A stretch of DNA of 64,000 bases from the human T2T-CHM13v2.0 reference genome, Homo sapiens (GCF_009914755.1 NC_060927.1); one strand, 5' to 3'. Shown: positions 14,445-27,981, counted from the first letter of the stretch. The notes: generated by a model from the sequence alone, not told the origin. Translations and numbers: made by a program.

Positions 14445-14769
14445 AGGTAAACCCCAAGCCAAAACTCAACAGGACAGTCTTTAGAAGAAGACCAAACTAT
14501 TAGGAATATTTCCTTCTGAATATAGGAGGTAATTTGTAAATGGAACTGGACATGTGTATTTTCCCAGCTCTGTGCAGCTTTCCTTCACCTTCTTCCACCA
14601 GTCACTTGGTGCTAGCTGGCAGGAAGTTCATTCTCTTCTGACCATGACCCAGACCATAGCCTATAAGAAGCAGGATCTTGGGCAGCTCTGGGAGGCTGTG
14701 GCCCAGGGGAAGGAGGCAGCACAAAGTCCCTGTCATAGTACCCACAGTCTGCAGGTCAGAATTCATCTA

Positions 14770-14895
<126 letters not shown>

Positions 14896-15670
14896 TTACT
14901 CCCATCCGAAAAGCATCCCACCTTCCCACCAACCAACTCAGTAGGGGGATGGGGATGCTCTGGGCGACTGCACATGACCATCTGCAACCCGATATGTTTC
15001 TTGTAACAACTTTTGATGTGACTTGCCCCCCGATTATAAAAGTAATATATATTTATTGTAGAAAATGTATAAACTATATGATATCACCCATTATCTCACA
15101 ACCAGAAATAACCAAGCGTTCACATGTTGGTATTTTTCCTTGCATTCTTATCCTCCAAAATTGTGACCCTATCATACCTGTAACCCTGTAATAATCAGGC
15201 ATTTTTTCCTTTTTTTTTTTAAGAAATGAGGATTTTTTTATGCTATGATACGGCCTGCAAAAAGTTTTGAAAATATTTTTGTTTCCCGTGTTGTTGCTTT
15301 TCTAACCAGCACTAGTATGAACATCCTTGTGCATACATGTGAAAGCACCTTGTTATTTTATCATAATGCTCACATCCATGGTGTTCAAGGGGAATATGAG
15401 GGATTCTCTTTAACCCTGGATTTTTGGGGATCCTACTGGAAACCCTACAGTTAATTTTACTAGTTTGGATTGGCTGCTGTGCCACCAATCCAATTTTAAT
15501 CTTTGTGTTGTCATTGCTCTGTATCTTCATTGCCCCTATGACTTGGGAAACCCCTAGACAGTTCACAGGCTAGATTGGAAGAGCCACGGTGGGTGGAGGC
15601 ACTTTGGCCTGAAAGCTAGTCATCCAGGAATAGGATTCAGAGCTCTTCTAAGCACTTTATTTGCTCATAC

Positions 15671-15742
15671 CTGTCCTTCTGGCAGGGAACCTGGGCAGCG
15701 AGGATCCTCTGAAGAACACTCATTCCCAAATCCAGAAATGTA
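15671..15742 (-). CDS. HGD: HGD exon 2 (aa 6-29)
   Basis: 72 nt, ACAG|...CAG|GTATG; [24 protein letters not shown]. Confidence 0.98.
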
Positions 15743-16737
15743 CTGTAGGTGACAAAGACACAAATGCCACCATTAGCAGGATTTAAAGAGCATTTCAGAA
15801 AATTGGCAGTTTACTAAGGTAAGAATTTCTATATGGACCTATGTTTGTGTATGATGTTCCACATATAATATCTTTACTGTGTCTTGACATATGAATCATT
15901 TAGGGAAGACAATATGCTTTCTGTGAATTTTAAAGACTTCTAATTAATCAGAAGAGTGCTGGATATTGCATAGACTTCTCCACCCTTAGCTGTACTTAGC
16001 TGATTTGTGGGTCTACACTGTAACCTCCCTGAACTTGAGACTCCATTTCCCTTTCAAACTCTGGGAAAAAAAAGAAAAAGCATCTATGAAGAGGTGTGTG
16101 GGTCCAACCCTGACAGCAAAACCCTCTCCAAACTAGCCTTGCTGTAGGCAGAAGCCTCTGCTATCTGCCTCATCTATGGAACACATCTATATTTGTGCGA
16201 ATGCATGAAAATAAAGTTTAAAGATATGGGTGGCCTTCAGGAGACACGCCAGCCCAGCATCTTTTCACAATGACACAATGGAACCTACTCTGATTGCCAT
16301 CTCTTCACTTTACACCCAGAGAAAAAAAAAGTTAAAGGGTTTCTCAACCAGGTAAGTCATGGAGAGCCCCTGAAACTTACTCTTGCAACACTCAACACAC
16401 TTGTGAGTTCTTGTGCACTGTCTGGCTTTTTTGCTAGCCTATAAGCTGCATGAAGGCTGAGACTATGGCAGTCTTGGCTCATAGAAGGTAATCAGTGGAA
16501 ATTTGTCGATTGATTGAATTTTTCCCTTAAAGCCAATTCTAATGTAAGTGTATGTGTGCTGCTGTAAATAGGGTTAGAACCCTTTTTGCTCTAACTTAAA
16601 TACCAATTGATTTTAGCCCAGGATAATGAAAATGCAGTCTTGCTCAGCGAGCGAAATGTAACCATCTGAACACAGCTCCTTAAGAGATATAAGAAGGGTG
16701 GAAGTGGGTGAAGGGTAGGCCCTCCAGAGTTCTCAGT

Positions 16738-17808
16738 TGTTGCGGGAAGTCTGGGACTCCAAACGGAGGGATCAGCTGAAGCCATGGCAGAAGTTCGTGG
16801 ATTGTGAAGATTTCATGGACATTTATTAGTTCCCCAAATTAATACTTTTGTAATTTCTTATGCCTGTCTTTACTGCAATCTCTAAACATAAATTGTGAAG
16901 ATTTCATGGACACTTATCACTTCCCCAGTCAATATCCTTGTGATTTATGCCTGTCTTTACTTTAATCTCTTAATCCTGTCAGCTGAGGAGGATGTATATT
17001 GCCTCAGGACCCTGTAATAATTGCATTAACTGCACAAATTGTACAGCATGTGTGTTTGAGCAACATGAAATGTGGACACCTTGAAAAAAGAACAGGATAA
17101 CAGCAATTGTTCAGGGAATAAGAGAGATAACCTTAAACTCTGACTGCTGGTGAGCCGGGCAGAACAGAGCCATATTTCTCTTCTTTCAAAAGCAAATGGG
17201 AGAAATATCGCTGAATTCTTTTTCTCAGCATGGAACATCCCTGAGAAAGAGAATACGAGCCAGGAGGTATAGGCTTATAAACAGCCCCCCTCCAGGTGCG
17301 CCTGTCTCTTATGGTCGAGACTGCAGGGGTGAAATAGACCCCAGTCTCCCACAGCGCTCCCAGGCTTATTAGGAAGAGGAAATTCCCGCCTAATAAATTT
17401 TGGTCAGACCAGTTGATCCTAAAAACCCTGTCTCCTGATAAGATGTTATCAATGACAATGGTGCCCGAAACTTCATTAGCAATTTTAATTTCGCCTCGGT
17501 CCTGTGGTCCTGTGATCTCACCCTGCCTCCACTTGCCTTGTGATATTCTATTACCTTGTAAAGTACTTGATGTCTGTGACCCACACCTATTTGCACACTG
17601 CCTCCCCATTTGAAAATCCCTAATACAAACTTGCTGGTTTTTGTGGCTTGTGGGGCATCACGGAACCTACCGAAATGTGATGCCTCCCCCGGATGCCCGG
17701 CTTTAAAATTTCTCTCTTTTGTACTCTGTCCCTTTATTTCTAAAGTTGGCCGACGCTTAGGGAAAATAGAAAAGAACCTACGTGAATATTGGGGCAGGTT
17801 CCCTGATA
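16738..17808 (+). mobile_element. MER11 solo LTR (HERV-K11/HML-8; MER11C-like), antisense in HGD intron 1
   Basis: Start TGTTGCGGGAAGTC, duplicated attgtgaagatttcatggaca block, end ggttccctgata; 1071 bp; perfect 6-bp TSD CTCAGT at 16732-16737 and 17809-17814. Confidence 0.93.
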
Positions 17809-19323
17809 CTCAGTGGCGTGGAGATGTAACAAGCCTGGATGTGTGAGTGATGATCAGGCCAACAACAGTCTGTATTTGGAAGAAATATCAGATGTGAATG
17901 TTATGACCTAGGAAGCAATGGAAGTGAAAAATTATTCTTTTTGCCTTCAGACTCAATATTTTGTATATTTGAAAATTTGTCAACACAAAAAATACTAAGT
18001 TGTATACTGATTTGTTAAAAGCAGCAGCATGCAGTTAGGATGATATCTTTGGGGAAATGGCAGAGACCATCCAACATTCTGATTCTCCACTGCATCCAAT
18101 TTTCTACTCTCAAAATGAACCCCATGCTCACCATCAACGGGATTGAATTTGAGCTGCTGAGAATTGGTAATAACCCCAAATTATCTTCAATTCTGTGAAA
18201 TGGAATTTTAGACCAGCCTGTGACTGAAGCCACTGGGCATTACAGTGCCTTCGCTTTGTTCAACTGCCGCATTGTTTCTCTCTGCAAGAGAGGAAGGAAG
18301 GCTGGAGTACAGCTGAGCTTTCTGGCAGGCACTGGTGGAGTTACTCATTAACCTTCCCCATTCTTTGTAACTGGTGGCCTTAGAAGAGGGTTCAGGGTTA
18401 TGTGTTTGGAACACGAGTTAGTATAAATGGTTCTGAAGCACTTGATTCAGACTGTGCTTTAAAAAATAGGAAAGAAAGTAGAAAGAACAGCTGATGGTTT
18501 GGAAGGGAGCCACCAAGCACCAAGAGGTGTGAGTTCTGAATCCGTTTCTCAATCTTAGCTGCAGGGCATTGGCTAAAGAGGAAGGTGAAAACTGCTGAGT
18601 CACTATCAAATCAATTGGTTTTTCTAATCCCCTGAGAGAAAAAGTACAGAGTTTATTGCAGCTTTAAAATGCCATGCCCCTCACGGCCAAAGGCATCTGA
18701 ATTAAGGAAGCAGTATTCACAGCTGCTTTCTCCAGACATTGAGCTCAAGGACAGAATCTGAACTCTGCTTTTATCAGCTGCGAAAATCCAAGCATTCATT
18801 TCCAGCTGGTTCAGTGCCTATGTAAAAGTATACTGTGTACAAAAATAAGATTAAAAAGCTAACATTAAGCAAGTGTGTTTGTATGTTTTCTACAGTTCGG
18901 ATTTCTGAATAATTTGATCCGACAGAAAAATATGATTTCATTTCTTTTCGAGAGAATTATATGCATACTTTCTAAATGCAAGAATAAATTCCTGAGCTCC
19001 ATGTGACTTCAGTACCATCAGCTCTTTGGCAGCTTATGAGTATACAGCTTTTTAATTCTCACCTGGTCCCCAGGATATGGTTTACTTGTCAGAGTAGTTT
19101 TATGAGGTGCTTTCTCCTGACTCTGATTCTAGGTAACACCTGATGAGATGAACAGATGGTGCACCTCACTTCCTCTTACTGGGCATGAAGGAAAGAGAGA
19201 GAAGTCAGGGTAGAGATGAAACTACTGCTACATTTTTTTTTTCTGTGGAAAAAGAGTCTAATATTTCTAATTAACCTTGATGGGAACATAGAACATAGAT
19301 TGTAAAGGGAACTTGCACATTAT

Positions 19324-19841
19324 CGCAGTAGGCTGAATAATGGCTAATGGCTCACTCTGAAAGATATGTATGGCTTAACCCCTGAAACCTGTGAGTATTA
19401 CCTTTTCTAGCCAAACAGACTTTTGCATATATAATTAAGGATCTTGGGATGGGGAGATATCCTAATTATTTGGGTGTATCCTAAATGTAATCACAAGTGT
19501 CATTATAAGAGGGAGGCAAAGGGAGATTTGACTTATAAGAGGAGAAAATGTGACGTGATTACAAAAGCAGAGATACATTTTTTTGAAGATCGAGGAAGAG
19601 GCTACAAACCAAGGAATGTGGGTAGCCTCTAGAAGAGGAAACAGAATCCATGGAAAAGGCAGGAAAACACAATCTCTCATAGAGTCTCCAGAAGAAACAG
19701 CCACACTGACACCTCGACTTTAGCCCAGTGAAACCGATTTCAGACTTCTGACCTCCACAACTTCAAGATAATACATTTGTGTTGTTTTAAGCCAATAAAT
19801 TTGTGGTAATTTTTTACAGCAGCAAGAGGAAATCAGTTACG
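19324..19841 (+). mobile_element. MLT1D-like MaLR LTR
   Basis: aggctgaataatgg...aacctgtgagtattacctt...ttgtggtaattttttacagcagcaa pattern. Confidence 0.78.
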
Positions 19842-20970
19842 TAGAATAGTAGGTCCTGTCTCTGGCTAATCATTAGAATCACTCCAGAAGCTTGTTACAT
19901 ACAGACCCAGAGCCAGTGAATCAAGGATTTGGTGGTGGGGCCCAGAGCCTGAATATTAAGCAAGTTCTTCGTTTTAGAAATGAGGAAACCAAGGTTGGGA
20001 GAAGCTAAGCAACTTACTCAAATACATAGGGTATTTCATTTTAAATTTAATTTTATTACTTTATCTTTTGAATTTTCTTACCCCAGTTGTACTTTTGTGT
20101 AAATGTGATTTCATTTACGGCTTTGTGTTGACATATTCATTAAAATGAAGAAATAAAAGATGAGAAACAGTTTTAAAAATTATATAATGTTTATTGATTA
20201 GAATGAATATGATGCAATCTGGTTTTCTGTGTTCAGATTCCTGACCTCTGGAGTTAACCTTTCTTTGTAAAGATTAGACAGCAGGCAGGGAAGAATGCCT
20301 TTGAAACTGAGAGCAAAGACTGGCATGCAATTTACATTGATGTCCTGGTGCTGTGCATAATAAGTTGCTTAAACATGACAGCAGGATAGGATTTTACATA
20401 AAATTTATTTATAAATGGTAAAGATGTTTCCAACCTCTGCTGAACTTCCTCATAGAATGTTCATCAGAAAACAAAGTTTCTATCTACTCTTTCTTCCAAG
20501 ACTTCAACTCCTACCACTGACATCATGACCCTCAGTTCTATTCCCCTAGCCCTGCCCACTCCCCTGAAATCCAGATCCATAAATCCAACCACCGCCTGGG
20601 TATCTCAGTTTGGCTGTCCCTCCATCAACTCAAATTTGGCTGACACAGTTTTGGATTCTAGAGCATGCAGGCATTCTGTATGTGCTGTGCCTTTGCACTC
20701 ACTCTTCCCTCCAGACCCCGTCCTTCCTCACTTTGCCAGTTCCAACTTCTCTCTGAAGACTCAGTTTAGGTACAGGCTCCTTTAGGAAATTTTTTTTTGA
20801 CTCTACCTAGCCCAGACTCAGTTCATCTACGATATTAATCTGCAGTGTCATGCACTAGCACAAAATATTTGCTGAATGAAAGAATGAGAGTTAACTTTTA
20901 GTCAGGCATAAAGATAAAAAACCAAAGTCTTTTACTCCGGTGTGGAGTGTTTTCAGGATTCCTACCAATT

Positions 20971-21050
20971 AGGAAGGTGTTTGATTCTTCAAACTCAGAA
21001 ACACCTCCCCTTAACTGATGGATTCTTCAAACTCAGCATCAGTTAGAGGG
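20971..21050. repeat. Two tandem hairpins with identical 16-nt loop (38-bp period)
   Basis: GATTCTTCAAACTCAG at 20983-20998 and 21021-21036, each enclosed by a different perfect inverted repeat (8 and 9 bp). Confidence 0.9.
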
Positions 21051-21974
21051 CATTAGGGCACTTCTCAAACCCTGCATTCAGGGAAGATGTCTGTTGTGGG
21101 GTGGTCTGGCCTACTTGGCCTGAGCCAAGGTTCTGGGCAGTTCTGCTCAGTTACACATGCATGCGTTGAGCATTGATTCAAGCCTGGCCTGGGCACTAGG
21201 CATGGTTTTAGATATTAGGGACATATTCTGTTTTCCTTGCCTTAAGATACCAGTCTAGTAGGAGCCACTAAGGCCCCTTTTTGAGCCTGGACTTCGCATT
21301 CAAACATACCCTGCTTCTAATCAAGTCATCTATTGGCAGTGACCTTGGGCAAATCATAGTCTCTCCAAGCATTACTTTTCTAATTGAAACAAGAACCTCT
21401 CTCTATACCCCAGATTTATTTTGAGGATTATGAGTTAATTCATAGTTAAAATGCTTAGCACCTAACAGCACATAACCCACACATACTTTTCAATTGCGTA
21501 TTACTAAAAAGAAAGAATGATTTCCTAGAGGAGGTGCTTCTTCTGGCCAAGGGCTGATTCAGAGCCTTAATTAACTAAATAGATCAAGCATATCTAACTG
21601 GTCACCGGAAGTGGTCCATGAGGCTGCAGCAATGGGAAGGTGTCAGAGCAGGGGTTGGGAAAAAGACATAGAGAGAAACGTGCATGTCCGTAGTGGAGGG
21701 GAGCTCTTAGGATGTCTACAGATTTCCAAGACAATAATTGAAATGAACAAAGGCAAGGGATGACCAATAAGAGCTTCATTTCTTTCCTTTATCACCTTTC
21801 CCTTGTTCTTCAGCTCCAGCTGTGCCCACAGACACCACAGGGAAGCCTCTGAACACAGGGGTTTGAACCAGGGCCTCTCTAAGTCTTTTCCAACTCTGAT
21901 ACCCTGAAGTTCTCAGAAACTTCCATAAATTTTGGCTGAAGAAGCCATAGCAAACTTGTCAGATGGTTTCTTAC

Positions 21975-21989
21975 CTTTAACTCAGCCAT
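21975..21989 (-). CDS. HGD: HGD exon 1 coding part (MAELK)
   Basis: AAAATGGCTGAGTTAAAG|GTAAGA; strong Kozak context (A-3, G+4), consensus donor; joins exon 2 in frame. Confidence 0.97.
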
Positions 21990-22119
21990 TTTCTCTCTCC
22001 TCTATGTGTGGTGACTTCAGGAAACCCAGGCCCAGAGGATATAAAGCCACAATGCTTCTTTCTCCTTCAAACCACTCTTTGGATATTCCGGTTCCCACTG
22101 CTTCACTGCGCTTCACTGG

Positions 22120-22300
22120 TCAGTGCGTCACTCAAACTAGCTGAAAGAATTGTCTAACTCATACACAGGGACAAAGTCCAGCAAGCTTATTTAACCGGTT
22201 ACACAATTGCCTTTGGTTTTTACAGTTTGTTCCTAAGTGTTTCCAGAGGCTTGGTTCCTCTTCACCTGAGGTAGAGATTGACCAATTATTTATTCCAGTT
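22120..22300 (-). promoter_or_regulatory. HGD: HGD proximal promoter with liver-type motifs
   Basis: HNF4 site GGGACAAAGTCCA 22168-22180; TATA-like TTAAATAA (minus) 22187-22194; C/EBP-like ATTGTGTAAC (minus) 22198-22207; CCAAT 22282-22286. TSS position is inferred, not observed. Confidence 0.7.
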
Positions 22301-23066
22301 AAAAGTAGGCTTATTTCAAAAGGCAGAGAATTTGAAGCTATCGGGGAAAGGAACTGTGGCAGATAGTGCCTGCTGTGTGTGGTGGAGGATTCTCTGCTCA
22401 GTCCTGACTCAGGCTAGGAAGGAACAGGGCAGTGCTGAGTCTCCTGGAGAGCAGTGAGAAAACCCCCAGGCATTTACCAGCTGCAGATGTGTACACTGGG
22501 GTAAGATGTTTACACACAGCCACCTGAAGACAGGGACCAGGACCAGAACCAGTTTTCTGCAGGTGCCTCCCAGGAATGAGCTCAGGTTCTTGGGTGAACC
22601 ATTCAGAGCCTGAGATATTTCACTTAGAGCAAACTGATATGTTTCCTACTGCTCCTTTTAATTTCTTAAAGTACGTTTAGTTTTCTTATAAATTCTTTAA
22701 GAGTTTTGTTTCCTAATGCCTCTATACTTCTAAAACAGACCAAGGGATTATTCTCCAGCCACCTCCTCTATGACTCCCTTGTTCTTCATCTTGGCCGCTC
22801 TCCTTGGTCATTGGCAGGTAGCAGCTTCATGACTAGTGGTGTTCAGAAAGGAGAAAACATATATTGAGTTTCTGCTTTTGTCAGATTTTTCCATATCTAA
22901 CTTCACAAAAACAATCTTGTAAATTAGGCATTATCACAACTCAAATGCCAACAGATGAGGGAGGAAGTGTAAGTGAATAAAGTAGGCTAGCTGATTTTTC
23001 AAGATAAGATGAAGCTCCAATTTTTAACCATTGGTAATTAGAGTGAGAGAGACAGAGAAACCACCC

Positions 23067-23512
23067 TGTGGTAGATGGCAAAAAATGCTCCAATTCCTCC
23101 TATCCTTGTATGTGTGCCCCTTTGAATGTGACTTTGCTGTTCCTCCCATCAAGAGGTAGGGTCTTTTTCTTTGGCTAGTAGCAAACATGACACAGAGTTT
23201 GAAACATGCCTGTGCCTTAGGACAGGGCCCATTCTTGCAGCCTGAGACCACAGTGCAGAGAAGCTGGGCTGGCCTCCAGAGGTCCAGGCAACAGCCCTGC
23301 AAGCCCCACAGGAACTGCCAGACATGTGAATGAGGCAGTCTGGCTGCCAGGTGACTGCAGAACATGTGTGATCCCAGGCAAGACCAGCAGAAGAACCACC
23401 AGTTAAATCTGGCCCGAACTGCTGAGCCACAGAATTGGGAACAAATAGAATGGTGTATTTCACACTACTAAATTTTGGGGTGGTTTGTTAAGCAGTGATA
23501 AATAACTGATAT
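23067..23512 (+). mobile_element. MLT1F/G-like MaLR LTR
   Basis: tgtggtagatggc...tgtgactttgctgttcctcccatcaagagg...aattttggggtggtttgtta. Confidence 0.75.
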
Positions 23513-24325
23513 AATCATGCAGGTTGAAAAACATGTGCATATTTGAAGTGGCCACAGGCTGCTAGTTTGAGACCCTCTGCTTTAGATAAATGGGCTTAAA
23601 CAACCTCCAAGGGTCCCCAGGCTCCAGCATACTGCAGTAGCAGCAGAATTATTGCCTGTGTATGAGGTGCTAGCACAGACTGGGCCAGACCAAAGGGGAC
23701 ATGTTGATAGGAAACATGCTGGTAGCAAACCATGTGGACTGATGCCTACGGACCGGGCAGCTGATACGAAACCTCAGCATATGTCAGCATAGACAGATGG
23801 CATTGTGGCATTATATAAACTATTCTGGAATTCATATGCAAACCTAGGAGGAAGGTAGGTGGAGGCCCTAGCTTTATTGAGGCTAAGTTTTCACTATTCC
23901 TATAACATGCAGACTCTGAAACTGAATTCGAAGAAAATATCTCCTGTGTATCTAAGTTTATGAGTACCTTGGGCCTTCAATCTCTATTGATCTTGGAAGT
24001 TAGCAGTTGGTCATTAGATAAACAAATGGGAGCTAATAAAAGACAAAGGGAAATCTTTACTGCCTTATTTTTCAACAAACTTTCTATGTTACTTCCATTG
24101 AACCAGTTGTGAAGGCAGATTTAAGAAGTGTTTCAGTTCTTTCCTAAGGTATGAGAGACTTCTGAAGGGGTAAGAAAGTGTTAACAGTTCCTTGACTGGA
24201 TTAAAATTACTTTGAGGGGCTTGAAAATATTTAAAGTTGAATACATCTTTCACTAAACTTTAGGGATTCCTTCTAAAAGGAGAGAATACACACAGGGGAT
24301 ATTAAAATATTATTTTATTATTTAA

Positions 24326-24613
<288 letters not shown>

Positions 24614-24619
24614 TTAATG

Positions 24620-24776
24620 TTTTTTTTTAGAGACAGAGTCTTGCTGTGTCATCCAAGCTGGAGTGCAGTGGCATCATCACAGCTCACTGCAGCCTTTAAC
24701 TCCCAGGCATAAGCCATCCTCTGGCCTCAGCCTCCCAAAGTATTGGAATTACAGGCATAAGCCATCATGTCCTGCT
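24620..24776 (-). mobile_element. Alu monomer (FRAM-like)
   Basis: About 155-bp single-arm Alu. Confidence 0.75.
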
Positions 24777-24844
24777 GGGATTGGAGAATAAATAACTTAC
24801 ACAGCTACAGATAAGTTCTGATTCTATGTCTAATGGCTTTTCAT

Positions 24845-24875
24845 TTTAATTAATGTAATTATACATTCATTTATT
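24845..24875 (-). terminator. RABL3: Candidate distal RABL3 polyadenylation signals
   Basis: AATAAA (minus) 24870-24875 and ATTAAA (minus) 24845-24850; usage inferred. Confidence 0.5.
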
Positions 24876-26485
24876 TAACAATTTTTGAAAACCATCACAA
24901 CATAGTGTAAGTGCTCTGACAGGAAAGAGCCCAGGGATCTAGGGGAAGCACTAGTGGGCACGTAGCCCAGACGAGCAGAGCCAGGGAGGGCTTCCCAGAG
25001 AAGACTATGTCTGAGCCAAGTCCCATAGAGTAAGAGTTGGATAGAAAGTGGAAAACATTACATCCAGGAATTGCTACAAGGTAATGTGAAGCAGGGTGTG
25101 ACAGGTCTACAGAGTAATCACTCCAAAACGGAGTTAGGCATCAGAGGACTCCAGGACAGATGTCTCCGAGAAAAAGATGGAACGGAGAGATTACCTGATA
25201 TACTTGATGGTACTGAGCGAGGTTTTACACCTTGGTTGGAGTTTAGGGGTTCCATTCTTTGTCATTAGTTATTGATTACCTTGGTAAAGCTTAGTGATTA
25301 GCCAGCTGAGAAAACACAGTACTAGAGAGGGGGCTGTGTGTAAGATGGCAAGGCACTGGTTAGAAATAAATATATTTGGATTAAAAACAGAACCCAGGGG
25401 AAAAACAGTGGCAGTAATAAAAATGATAGCAATACATGAAAGACAAATACTTGTTTTGCCAACAGAAGACATGACAATCATCTCATGTTTAATTTGGCAT
25501 ATGTAGCTTTGAGTGGGGAGGAGTGGATCAGTTCATTAAGGTGAGATCAGGTTGAGGCAGTCAAAGATGCGCTTTGATGAATTCTGCTATAATGGCACTC
25601 ATAAAGTACAGAGTTCACAATCTATATTCCCTACTTTTTGATGAGTTTATTTGTCTTTCTTAAAGGCTAGATCCTGACTTATCTGCATGAGAAAAATCTG
25701 GCTTGTCTGTTAAAAATACAAAATCCTGGCCTTATCCTATACATATAGAAAGGGGAGAGTAAGGGAAGAGAGAGGAAATCCTGGAATCTGCATTTTCAGC
25801 AAGCACTTCAGGGGATTCTTACACACTTCAGAGTTTGAAAGCCCTCCATGTGAGTCCTTAATGGAGGTGCAGATTAATTGTAACTGGATGTCCAATTCCT
25901 TTACTATGCTATGGAGCAGCCCCAGCTGACCCTAACATCAGATATTTTGTGTAGGCAAACATGCTGTGAAATATTTGAGACACAGGGTTAGACTTCCTGC
26001 GACCCTTCCTCTCCCACCACAGTGATTTAGCTCAGTCTTGGGACTGCGGAGAAATGAATTTCTAATTTCCTTCTCCTCCTTTCCCCAAAACAGACTCCTC
26101 CTTTGAATTTTAACATATATTAAACCAATGCAGACACCCTGTTAGACCTTTAAACTTCTTAAAATATGATGTCACCTGTGCTTTAAAAAATTCAATTAAG
26201 CCACCATCTAGTAACCCATACAAGGTCCTACCTATGGTGGGTGCTACTGCAAACTATTGAAATGAGGACTCAGAAACTCTGATTACAAGGAGCAATTAGG
26301 AGCTCTTCACCTCAGTCTGATGTCCCTGCACATCATTTCCATGAAGTCCATGTCAGAATGAACAGAAAAACAAGTGTCAGGGCACCTGGATTATATCATG
26401 AATGCCTCAAGTTTGAGGAATTCTAAGAACCCGAGCTAAAGCTAATATGGATCAACTCTTTTGGGAATAGCTTTTCTTAGAGCAC

Positions 26486-26960
26486 TGTAGTGGAGAAGAG
26501 CTTTCTTTCTTCACCCATCACTAGGTTCACAAATGAGGCACCTATAACGAAAGACAGATTATTGAGAAAAGCACACACATTTATTTACTGTAAGTTTTAC
26601 ATGACAGGAATCTTCAGAAATGAAGACAAAAAAGAAATAGGAAAACTTGTGTATTTTTATGTACAGTCTTATGCAGAAGTATAATCAGAGGACAAAAGGA
26701 CATAATCTAATGGTAATAAACTGTGGAGAACTTAGCAAGTCCTATTTGTCCAGATTCTTCTTGGTGTCTCTGTATCTGTGAGGATAAAGGGTACCTATGG
26801 AATGAAGGTTTTATGATCTACTTCAGGGAACAGTCACTTAGGGTTTATGGCCTGCTTCAGGGGAGAAGGGGTAAGGGGAAGGTATGAGAAACCTTGCTTC
26901 TGCAGTTTTCTCAAATAACAGGGTGCAATATTTTGGGGTTATGTGTCCTGAATCCCATCA
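26486..26960 (-). mobile_element. ERV1 solo LTR (MER34/MER39-like), sense to RABL3
   Basis: Minus strand reads TGATGGGATTCAGGACACATAACCCCAAAATAT...CTACA (TG...CA); internal AATAAA at 26585-26580. Confidence 0.7.
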
Positions 26961-27173
26961 ACGTTAAGATGGAGAGACCAGCCCAAATCTTTAGTTGGAT
27001 TCCAGCTAAGTCTTATACACCTAAGGGACAGAGGAGTAGTCATATATATGCCTTCATATCTGGTCACCTTCACAATGAGTCAGAAAATTGGTCAGACACC
27101 GAAATCACAACAGAAAAAAAAAATCTTTATTTCTACCAACTTGTCCCATCAAGAGAGTAAGATATACATATGT

Positions 27174-27323
27174 AAAGAGATGGAGTCCCACTCTGTCATC
27201 AGGCTGCTGGAAGGCAGTGGTGCAATCATGAATCACTGCAGCCTCAAACTCCCGAGCTCAAGTGATCCTCCTGCCTCAGTCTCCTAGAGTGCTGGGATTA
27301 TAGGCGTGAGCCAGCACCTGGCC
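27174..27323 (-). mobile_element. Alu monomer (FRAM/FAM-like)
   Basis: Single-arm Alu. Confidence 0.75.
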
Positions 27324-27639
27324 AATTATACTTTTAAAAAAATATTTTGACATTTATACTTGTTTATTATCTAAAAGCATTTTTATGAATAGTTCTCAAG
27401 AAGTCCTAGCAAAAATTGTGCTTCATTCTTTTTTGAATAACTCTAGCTAATAACATTCATTTGCGCAAAAAGCCTTATTATGCTGCTGCTAATAATTGCA
27501 ACAAATTTACCTTAGATTATTAAAAACTATTTTTTCTTAGAAAACTATAATTCAAGGAATCAAGCTTGGCTGCAGAAAGTAATGGAGTTGAGGAATACTG
27601 TTAATTTTTCCAGATTGACCCTGGAGTCATCAGCAATAG

Positions 27640-27981
<342 letters not shown>

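Noticed and set aside
20983-21036. CRISPR-like repeat-spacer, hammerhead or box C/D reading of the twin-loop element
   Set aside because: Only two exact repeats in a eukaryotic intron with no cas genes; the CUGAUG-like words lack a full CUGANGA/GAAA core or proper C/D spacing
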